In this document: piece after piece, positions 42,145-52,955 of the stretch | Layout of the letters: every line of letters begins with the position of its first letter | Position numbering within the stretch: the stretch's first letter is position 1 | NCBI GenBank assembly: GCA_951406725.2 | Contig: OX597817.1 | Coordinates: 86,676,001-86,740,000 of the forward strand | Source: Octopus vulgaris | Lineage: Eukaryota | Reading direction: 5' to 3' | DNA length: 64,000 nucleotides | The notes under the pieces: generated by a model | What the model was told of the DNA's origin: nothing | The model's database searches: none | What the model saw: only the letters and a program-made list of their open reading frames with translations | Program-made: the position numbers and the translations under genes

Positions 42145-42328
42145 TAATCCAAACAAGAAAACAAAAAAGACAACAACGCAAAGAGGTGGAACAATTAAAG
42201 TATTATTAGGCGCTCAGGAAAAAAGGGAAGAAGGAGGGTATGACGTTTCGGGCGGAGCTCTTCGTCGGAAACATAAGAGAAAGAAAGATCCCGAGGTGGG
42301 AGGACAGAGGAAAAAAACGCGAGTGGTC

Positions 42329-42330
<2 letters not shown>
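42140..42330 (-). mobile_element. PLE terminal repeat family H1 with a hammerhead-like motif at 42238-42272
   Basis: Minus strand GTTT-CCGACGA-AGAGCTCCGCCC-GAAAC-GTC-ATAC, between (TA)n tracts. Confidence 0.7.
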
Positions 42331-42369
<39 letters not shown>

Positions 42370-42387
<18 letters not shown>

Positions 42388-42771
42388 CAAAATGTCTGTG
42401 TATCTGTGTGTAGGTGTGTCGTTTATAAAAATCCAGTTTTTCACGTAAAAGGCTCGCATTTTCTATGGGCTTTCAAAACTGTCTGAGGGTCATCATTAAG
42501 ATCTTTTCATTTCCCCAGTCACCCCAGAAAGCCATTAAAAAATTGATAAACCGACCACTTATGCTCATAAGTTATGGGCATATGGGCATTGCCGCAGCCC
42601 AATGAATATTAATTACTCTCATAAAAAGCAACAACTAGCTCATAAACAACATAACTGCCCCGGGCTGAAATATGATAAGAAAATTAGCTCTTGATTTAGC
42701 GAGAAATTTTTACTGCGACCCAGCAACGAACAACTAGCACTAGACCCGGCAGCGCCGGTTCATAGTGCTAG
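42370..42771 (+). mobile_element. Non-autonomous Helitron-like element
   Basis: 5' TATATATAAA..GTCTGTG; 3' GC hairpin CCGGCAGCGCCGG about 10 bp before CTAG|T. Confidence 0.6.
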
Positions 42772-42805
42772 TGTAATAGTGCTAGTGTGTATATATATAT
42801 ATATT

Positions 42806-42975
<170 letters not shown>

Positions 42976-43168
42976 CAACACATTATTTATAAGCAAAACT
43001 TACTTGGAAGAGGATGTGTGCCGTTAAATATATATATAAATATATATATTCTTTTCTTTTCTTCTTTTTTTAGTTTCAGCTCAAGAGCTGTGGCCATGCT
43101 GGGGTACTGCCATTTGGTGTTGCTACATAATTTTACTTCACGAATGCTTTTTAGGAATTACATATATG

Positions 43169-43206
<38 letters not shown>

Positions 43207-43271
43207 AATATAGAGATAGAGATAGATATATAGATATATATAAATATATATATGAACATATATATAAATAT

Positions 43272-43309
<38 letters not shown>

Positions 43310-43367
43310 AATGTGCGTTAATATATATATATATATATGCATACACACACACACACACACACACACA

Positions 43368-43415
<48 letters not shown>

Positions 43416-43424
43416 AATGCGTTA

Positions 43425-43541
<117 letters not shown>

Positions 43542-43558
43542 AGAAGAGAGAGAGAGAG

Positions 43559-44241
43559 ATTGGTTTAAAAGACAGAACCACCTTCAAACAACTCAATCAA
43601 CATTGAACAACGTTATCTATGATAGAGGTATGCAATATTAAATATTATCAACTTAATACCTGCAATTACTAATCTGATTCATATACATTAGATAGACTAC
43701 ACGCGTTTCATGACAGTAAATCTATCGATATTGCTAAAGTAGCAGCTCTCGAAATTCAATACTTTATCGACCCGACTATACAGCCATTCTTCAGGTCTGG
43801 ATTATATAAAACTATTTTACTATTTACTATTAGGAGAGTAAGGAGACAAGTTAAATGTTTCTTTTTCTTTTCCCGATTTTTATGCTTTATTTCGTTCGTT
43901 TTTAGTTAAGATAAATTATTTCGATGATTTTTAAATGTATAAGTTTAATTATCATGTTTCTATATAGGTTGTAAATAGTAAAATGGTTTTATATAATCCA
44001 GACCTAAAGAATAGCAGTATAGTCGGATCGATAAAGTATTAAATTTCGAGATCATCTACTTTAGCAATATCGATAGATTTACTGTCACGAAACGCGCGTA
44101 GTCTATCTAATGTATAAGAATCAGATTAGTAATTGCAGGCAATAAGTTGATAATATTTAATATTATATACCTCTATCATAGATAACGTCGTTTAAGGTTG
44201 ATTGAGTTGCATGAAGGTGGTTCTGTCTCTTAAACCAATCT
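43559..44241. mobile_element. Inverted pair of PLE terminal repeats (about 270-bp arms), each carrying a long-stem-II hammerhead
   Basis: 43559-43828 is the reverse complement of 43968-44241. Left arm (minus, 43694-43798): AGAC-CTGAAGA-ATGGCTGTA..TACTGTCAT-GAAAC-GCGT-GTA-GTCT. Right arm (plus, 44000-44104) has the mutated core CTAAAGA. Confidence 0.82.
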
Positions 44242-44274
44242 ATATATATATAAATATATATATGAATATATATG

Positions 44275-44332
<58 letters not shown>

Positions 44333-44382
44333 TATATATAAATATATAAATATACACAAATGTATATATAAATATATATATA

Positions 44383-44442
<60 letters not shown>

Positions 44443-44460
44443 AAATAATATATATATATA

Positions 44461-45741
44461 CGAGGGGCGTTCAATAAGTAATGCCCCTGACCCACTTGCA
44501 GTTGTTCGATTTTGCATGTGCAATTATCTATATCTCTATAGATTAAGTGGCAAATTACAGCTCTGAACTAATTGTGGTTTCTGATTTACAGGTGTTTGAA
44601 CTGAGTCAAGTGTGAAATGGAGCATGTTGAGTGTCGAGCAGTGATCCGGTTTTTGTATTTGAAAGGACGCACACCACAGGAGACTTTTGATGAAATGAAA
44701 GTAACTTATGGTGATAATGCCCCATCATATGAACTTGTAAAACGCTGGCATCGTGAATTCAAACATGGTCGGAACTCTGTGGAAACAGCTCCCAGATCTG
44801 GTCGCTCCCCTTCTGCCATTGATGAGGCATCTGTCCGTCAAGTTGAGGCTGCCATTTTGGAAGATCGACGCATAACTATTCGCGAAATAGCCCATGAGGT
44901 CAACATTAGTACCGGGTCTGTGGAAACTATCATTCATGACCATTTGCATATGCAAAAGGTGTCTGCCAGATGGATTCCCAGGTTGCTCACATCTTTCCAG
45001 AAGCAAGAACGCGTCGAGTGCTCGAGGATGAATTTGGAGATGTGCCAAGAAGATGAGTCAAAATTTTTCAAAAGACTGATTACACAGGATGAAACCTGGG
45101 TCCATCACTTTGATCCAGAGACCAAAGCCCAGTCAATGCAGTGGAAGCACCGTGACTCACCTCCTCCAAAGAAGGCAAGGGTGCAGCCCTCCGCTGACAA
45201 GGTCATGCTCACAGTCTTTTGGAACTAGGACGGAGTAGTGATGACAGATTTCCTGGCAAATGGTGCCACAATTACAGGAGCCTATTATGCTTCACTTTTG
45301 AGGAAATTAAGAGAAGCTATCAAAATCAAGAGGCGGGGCAAGATCAGCAAAGGCATCCTCCTCCTGCAGGACAACGCTCCGGTCCACAACTCGCGTGTTG
45401 CCAGATCAGAAGCACAGGCGTGCGGCTATGAACTCCTCCCCCATCCCCCTACTCTCCTGACCTTGCACCCTCTGATTTTCACCTCTTCCCAGCCATGAAG
45501 TTGTTTTTGAAAGGAAAGCGTTTCCCAGATGATGCAGCCTTGATTTTCGAAGTCACGTCGTGGTTGGAGGACCAAGCTGGTGTCTTCTACAAAAACGGTC
45601 TTCAGAGCTGCATCAAGCGATGGGAGAAATGCGTAACTCTGGGTGGTTCCTATGTAGAAAAATACTAATAACTATGCCAAGTTTCGTTGCTCTACTGCTA
45701 TGGGAAGTGAGTCAGGGGCATTACTTATTGAACGCCCCTCG
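44461..45741 (+). mobile_element. Full-length mariner (irritans-like) transposon, 1281 bp, inactivated
   Basis: Perfect 31-bp TIRs CGAGGGGCGTTCAATAAGTAATGCCCCTGAC, TA TSD. Transposase from 44617 with WIPRLL, TQDETW, QDNAPVH and YSPDLAPSDF. One stop (45226-45228) and one 1-bp frameshift near 45450. Confidence 0.95.
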
Positions 45742-45865
45742 TATATATAAATATTATTTATATATATATATATATATATATAAGTAGTTGAATGAATTAT
45801 CTTACTATGGATAATTCGGTTAACCGATACCTGGATAGCAAATTCACGTCAGAAAAACACGTGAA

Positions 45866-46050
<185 letters not shown>

Positions 46051-46346
46051 ATAAAATGGTAAGATAACAAAAGAAAGAAAGAGACCTCAATATTATGTAA
46101 ATAGAGGAAATTTATCTATACAATAATATGTTACTTTACTCGGTAGTCAAGATCTCTTCGGTTATCTGGCTATTTGAAAACGCTATGAAAAAATACCGTT
46201 AAATAAAGGGAAATTACTGTGTTATAACTCTGCTTGCCTGCGTACTAATACATCGCTCGCATTTTTCGTCATAAAAATACATAAAAAATATATAAAAATA
46301 TATAAAAATATATAAAATCTTCTTGGGACATAACAGAAAGCATGTT

Positions 46347-46887
46347 CTATCTGTTTTCTTTAGGGGACCAAAAACGTAACAGAAATTTAGTCACATGTGG
46401 GCATGATCCGAAAAGTTCTGTCCTTGTATTTAGACATGTAGTAGGGTCTAAGCTGCTTTTCCAGATAAGCCATCTCTCCATGTCGCATAGACCGCACCTT
46501 CCGCTGCCGTTGGTATAGGGCTTACATCTGGCCAAAATCTTCCATTGTATGTTATAATCGACACCTTTATCTCTTAAAGACCAAATATGATTAGATAATT
46601 GTGTCGCTTTTCTTTTGTTCCAGTGCCTAAAGCTCAAAGTGTGGTTATTGAACCTGGCCTTGAAATTACCCTCTGTAAGGCCCACGTATTTCTTCGTCGA
46701 AACGGTGTCTTTAGTGGTTATAGAGTTTACGGTAGCTTCATATATGATGGTCTTGGACATGCAAGCTCCATTTAGCGGGCACAATTCTTTATTCCTGCAT
46801 GAACAGCTGTTTTCTTGTGTTTTTTGTATGTTATGTTTGATTATGTTTTTAAAATTGGTAGTTGAACTAAAACTAATTTTTAAATTG
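46347..46887 (-). mobile_element. 5'-truncated PLE (Hydra-clade-like) GIY-YIG endonuclease
   Basis: CSCRNKELCPLNGACMSKTIIYEA...YVGLTEGNFKARFNNHTLSF..QLSNHIWSLRD..QW..CGLCDME..LNTRTELFGSCPH. Confidence 0.85.
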
Positions 46888-47859
46888 GGCATCCCCCACA
46901 CATGGATCCTCCAAACACTAGCCATTAACAAAGTAGCACCAACAATTATAAAATTCATTGGGCACTCTATGAATAAATGGCAAACAGTGCTACAGCTCCA
47001 AACAAAAGAGGGACTCATGAAAACCAAAGCCATCCCCATTAGAAGAGGAATATTCCAAGGAGACACGCTCTCTCCACTCCTTTTCTGCTTGGCACTGTCA
47101 CCTCTATCTGATATGCTAAATAGAACTGGATGCGGATATAAATGTTACGGCAAAACGATCAGCCACCTTTTATATATGGATGACCTAAAACTATACGCTG
47201 CAAATGACAAACAGTTGGAAACAATATTAAAGACAGTTCATGGACTTACCAAAGAAATAGATATGAAATTTGGATTAGAAAAATGCGCCAAAGTAACCAT
47301 GAAAAGAGGAAAACTAGTTAAGAGTAGCAACATCACACTAGATAAAACCAATGAAATAAAAGAATTAGACGAAAGCCAAACTTACAAATACTTAGGAATC
47401 CATGAACACAACACACACAAATGAAAGAGAAAATAAAGAAAGAATATTATAGACGAGTTAGATCAATACTAAAAACAGAGCTCAATGCTAAAAACAAGAT
47501 AACAGGTATTAACACTTTAGCTGTCCCAGTTATAAGTTCCAGCTACAATATCCTTAACAGGACACTAAATGAACTGACCAAATTAGATAGGAAAACAAGA
47601 AAAATAATGACAGAATCTAGGATGCATCACCCAAAATCTGACATAGAAAGACTATATATACAACGTATAGAAGGTGGTAGAGGCCTTATACAGCTGGAAA
47701 ACTACTATAAAATAACCACGATAGGACTGCAAAAATATCTACTTCAGAAGGAAGGAAAACTGATACAAATAGCGGCAAAACACGAGCAAAACAAAAAATG
47801 TTCTCAGTCTTTAAGGAAGCTGACAAATACAAACAAGAAATCATACCACCTAACAAATA

Positions 47860-47890
<31 letters not shown>

Positions 47891-48957
47891 AAGAAGAAGA
47901 AGAAGAAGAAGAAGAAGAAGAAGAAGAAGAAGAAGAAGAAGAAGAAGAAGAAGAAGAAGAAGAAGAAGAAGAAGAAGAAGAAGAAGAAGAAGAAGAAGAA
48001 GAAGAAGAAGAAGAAGAAGAAGAAACAACAAAAGCTATCAAAAACAAATGAAATCCAAACTAAAACTAGAACAGCAACGAACCATGATAAAACGATGGCA
48101 AGAAAAACCCCTTCACGGTAAATACTGGACTAAACTAAATGCAAAACAAATAGACAAAGAAAAATCCCAGCAATGGTTGAGAAGCTCAGGACTCAAAGTA
48201 GAGACAGAGGGATTTTTAATTGCAGCACAAGACCAAAGCCTCCCCACCAGAAATTACCAAAAACATGTAATGAAAAGAAATATAACAAGTAACTGCAGAA
48301 TATGTGGAGATGGACAAGAAACAATAAATCATATTATCTCTGGCTGCCCAGTCCTGGCTAAGAAGGAATATATTCACAGACATGACAGAGTTGGAATCTA
48401 CATACACTGGAAGCTATGCCAACATTATGGAATAACAACAGAAAAAAGATGGTATAGGCACACACCAGAAAAGGTCACAGAAAACGAGAAAGCAACCATA
48501 CTCTGGGATATGCCGATACACACAGATAGAGAAATTAAGGCCAACAGACCAGATATAGTTGTCAGATATCATGAAGAAAAAAATGCTTTCTAATTGATGT
48601 ATCAATACCGGCAGATGACAACGTGTCTTTAAAAGAAATGGAGAAACTTTCAAAATACAAAGACCTGGAAATGGAGGTAACCAGAATGTGGAATCTAAAA
48701 ACAGAAACAATTCCTATCATAGTAGGTGCATTAGGCATTATAAAAAAATATTCAGACAAATACATAACAAAAACACCAGGACTTACAAACACATATAACA
48801 TACAGAAAATTGCACTACTAGGCACTGCAAACATCCTACGCAGAACACTTTCCATACAATAACCGTCAGAGCATCACAACAAATCACAGCACATACCCAA
48901 GGCACACAGAGCTGCGCTCGGTAGTGAAGTGAAAGCACGCTATAAAAAATAAAACTA

Positions 48958-49020
<63 letters not shown>
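46888..49020 (+). mobile_element. 5'-truncated R4/Dong-clade LINE (RT, CCHC, RLE) with (AAT)n tail
   Basis: RGIFQGDTLSPLLF, HLLYMDDLKLYA, FGLEKCA, YKYLG, CRICGDGQETINHIISGC, RHD, RPDIVV, KYKDL, PIIVGALG. Several frameshifts; (AAG)n at 47861-48024. Confidence 0.92.
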
Positions 49021-49050
<30 letters not shown>

Positions 49051-49106
49051 AAGAAGAAGAAGAAGAAGAAGAAGAAGAAGAACAACAACAACAACAACAA
49101 CAACAA

Positions 49107-49272
49107 CGAAAAATACCTTAGGAATGAGAACCCAGGTTCGAAAATTCCCCCAATACACCTGATGAAGGCTGGAGTGTATAACAACCGAAAAGTTGTGTTA
49201 ACAACAAAGATGAGGACAAATATCCGACAAATGTAAATAATGTACATAATTCCTCGTCTCTTAAATATAGAA

Positions 49273-49276
<4 letters not shown>
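49107..49276 (+). mobile_element. PLE terminal repeat with a hammerhead motif at 49155-49198
   Basis: ACAC-CTGATGA-AGGCTGG..CAACC-GAAA-A-GTT-GTGT (stem III C replaced by A). Confidence 0.65.
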
Positions 49277-49338
<62 letters not shown>

Positions 49339-49681
49339 GGATGGGGCAAAATTATAGGCGCAAGAGTGGCTGTGTGGTAAGACGCTTGGTTCTGAGTGCA
49401 GGTCCACTGCGTGACACCTTTTTCTGTAGGCTCGAGCCGATCAAAGCTTTGTGGGTGGATTTAACAGACGGAAACTGGAAGAAATTTGTCGTACATGTGT
49501 GTGTCTGTGTGTTTGTCGCCCCAGCACCGCTTGACAACTGGTGTTCATGTATTTAACCTAGCGGTTCGGCAAAAAAAAAAGTACTGCAGTCGAGTCGTTC
49601 GACTAAAATGTCTTGATGTTTGCCAAAGCAGGGCTCACGTCTAATGGCTGAAACGAAGATAAAATATATAGGTATTCACAT

Positions 49682-49748
<67 letters not shown>

Positions 49749-49803
49749 TACACACGTATATGTATATATATATACATATATGTATGTAAACATACACGTG
49801 TGC

Positions 49804-49842
<39 letters not shown>

Positions 49843-49901
49843 TACACACTTATATGTATATATATATATATACATATATGTATGTAAAAATACATGTGTG
49901 C

Positions 49902-49942
<41 letters not shown>

Positions 49943-49950
49943 TACACACG

Positions 49951-49998
<48 letters not shown>

Positions 49999-50261
49999 CA
50001 TACGTTTGCGTGCACACGCATACATACATACATACATACATACATACATACATACATACATACATACATACATACAGCCAACAAGCGATTTATGTCAATT
50101 TCTGAAGAATGATAATATAAACGATTTGCAGTTATACATGTATTCTGTGAATATTCCAAACTTTTCTAAGCTTCCATGCATTCTTTACTCTACCAATTGT
50201 AAAGAGCGAAACGCTAACATTCAACACACACACACACATACACATATTTATATAAATACGA

Positions 50262-50301
<40 letters not shown>

Positions 50302-50681
50302 ACATACATATGTGCTGGTGTTTGTGTCTTCATGTGCGGAAAATCGCTTCAATATAAATTTAATTAATCCCGTTCTGTCTCCTCTGACTTTGTACTAATA
50401 CTAAATCAAATCTTTTTCTTTATCATAGTTATGTCGACACACAGACACAGTCTCTCTCTCCTTCGCACTCACTCACTGCTTTCACTCTCCCCCGTCTCTG
50501 TCTATCTCTCTCTCTCTCTCTCTCGTTCTCTCTTCCTCCCTCTTCCCCTCTCACTCATTCCTCACTCCCCCCGACCCTCACGCACTGACTTCTTAAAGTC
50601 ATCCCTATACTTCCATGTGGTGGTTGTTTGGTAGTGAATAATTGCTGGTTGACAACCGACGCTCGGACACAGAAAGCTGCG

Positions 50682-50736
<55 letters not shown>

Positions 50737-50873
50737 TATTTATATATATATACATATATATTTATATATACATATACATATATATATATATACATATATA
50801 TTTATATATACATATATATTTATATATAAATATATACATATATATATATATACATATATACATATATATATAT

Positions 50874-50934
<61 letters not shown>

Positions 50935-50943
50935 CATATATAT

Positions 50944-50976
<33 letters not shown>

Positions 50977-50990
50977 CATACATATATGAA

Positions 50991-51046
<56 letters not shown>

Positions 51047-51098
51047 GGCGACATACAAATATATGTAAAGATTTAGAAAGTGTATATATATATATATA

Positions 51099-51133
<35 letters not shown>

Positions 51134-51219
51134 ACACACGCACACATGTATGCATTAATATATCTGTGTGTATAGAACGTGTTGAAATGAAAGATCTGAG
51201 CAACAGAAGGATTGAGTGA

Positions 51220-51508
51220 ATGAAAAATAAAGTAGGAGAGAGAGATATGTGAGAGGAAGAGGAGGAGATAAAGAGGGAGGTGTGTGTAAATGAGAGTAGG
51301 AGAAGCAGTGAGTGTGAGGAGGAGAAAGAGAAAGAGAGAAATGTCTTATAGTACGCTGCGTGATTCGCTGCCGCCCTCATATTGAGTAGTTTTAGTGAGA
51401 AGCCAGTAATAATAGTTGGAGAGAGAGAAACCCAAGTAAAAGTAGCTGTCGGTGGTGCTGCTATTTGTATGAAGTCTTTCTTGCCACCTTGACAAAAAAA
51501 AAGGGACT
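51220..51508 (+). promoter_or_regulatory. Probable proximal promoter/5'UTR of the cadherin gene
   Basis: GA-rich tract (about 51230-51340), then a CpG-containing unique segment (GTACGCTGCGTGATTCGCTGCCGCCC) just upstream of the ATG. The TSS cannot be fixed from sequence. Confidence 0.4.
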
Positions 51509-52955
51509 ATGGCGTCTCTAAAAATGGCGTTAACCCTCTTATTTTTACATTCCATCGTTGAACTTGTACATTGTGCGTCCCTGAGGTGGATATCTTTACC
51601 ATACACGGCTCCTCTGGGCCACCCTGTTACCAAGTTTCCGTGTCACCGCCATACCACAGTGGCAGGAATAAATCTTAATAACTACAACACAGAAAACAAA
51701 AAATATGTAGAAACTATACAAAATTCAAATGAACTTTCAACACAAGCACAAAAGTTTAAATTAATAGCAACACCGGCCGATAAGAGTATGACGGCGGCTT
51801 CACAAAATTCTAACACTTCTAAACAACTCTCTGCTTTGTTTTTATTCGACTACACGGACTGTGAATTGCTTACGAATGGCAATTTAAGTTCTTGGCGAGG
51901 CTACAATATCTCGCTAAACCTTACTTTACAAACAACACACTATCACTCTATCGTTCATATTTCAGCTAATCTCTCTAGTATAAAGTTAAAGTTTCATAAT
52001 GATAATTATTTCGGTTCTATATTTGAAAACCAACCGTCTGGTACATCTGTTCGGGGCTTACACAATCTTACTGTTGTGGCCGACTTAAAAACTACCTCTT
52101 TAGATATTTTACCTGAACATATTCACTATCGTATTCTCAGACCGCAAAATGCTAGAAAAACTTTTGACCTTAGGGTTTTGCCTGATGAAACAGTAGGAGT
52201 ATTCTCTAAAATGTCACTTGACCGCGAGAAACGATCATATTACCAATTCCTTATAGAAGCTATTGGACCCCAGGGAAGTTTTGCCACTACGAATATCCGC
52301 GTCGATGTTTCAGACCGCAATGATTCACCTCCCGTCATGAAGAAAAAAAAGTACATAACTATGATCAACGAAAATACCCCTGTCGGTACCCCAATTGTTC
52401 AGGTTTCTGCCCATGACCCTGACAATTCTAATAGTCGGATTACATATAGTATAGAGAAACACAAACACACAAATCATTTTGCAATAAATCCGTCCAGTGG
52501 ATTTATTTATGTCACCAAGTCGCTATATCAAAACATGGATCTTCCTTTACTCAAAGTTCATGCTACAGACGATACTGGACATCGAAGTCGACCATCTCTT
52601 GTTAAAATTGGACTATATGGAAAACGTGTGAATCCAATCCGACACATGTCTAATCCCACCCATTTATGGGTACCTTTAGGGGATGATGCAGCTTCCTACT
52701 CTTCAATAGTCCAGGTGAGGAGAAGGAGGGCCTCCGTACCACAAAAAAGCTTTGTCATCTATGAAACCGATACGGGGAGTTTGTTTAATGTATCTGTTCA
52801 GGACCCTACATATGCATATTCTCTTTTAACCGACACTTCGGGTTGGTTCACGGTTGACTCTACTTCAGGAATTGTTTCTGTTTTACCTGGGAAAAATATA
52901 GATGCAGATTTGTACCAGAATGTTGTTTTAAGTTTCAATATTACCAACGGCGCTA
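51509..52955 (+). CDS. First coding exon of a neural-cadherin-like (type III classical) cadherin; partial gene, continues beyond the window
   Basis: The ORF starts with a signal-peptide-like MASLKMALTLLFLHSIVELVHCA. Cadherin motifs: YFGSIFENQPSGTSV, LDREKRSYY, VDVSDRNDSPP, INENTPVGTPIVQVSAHDPD, FAINPSSGFI, VHATD. A furin-like RRRRA precedes a third, partial EC (FTVDSTSGIV). Splice donor A|GTAAGT at 52956 (phase 1). Confidence 0.88.
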
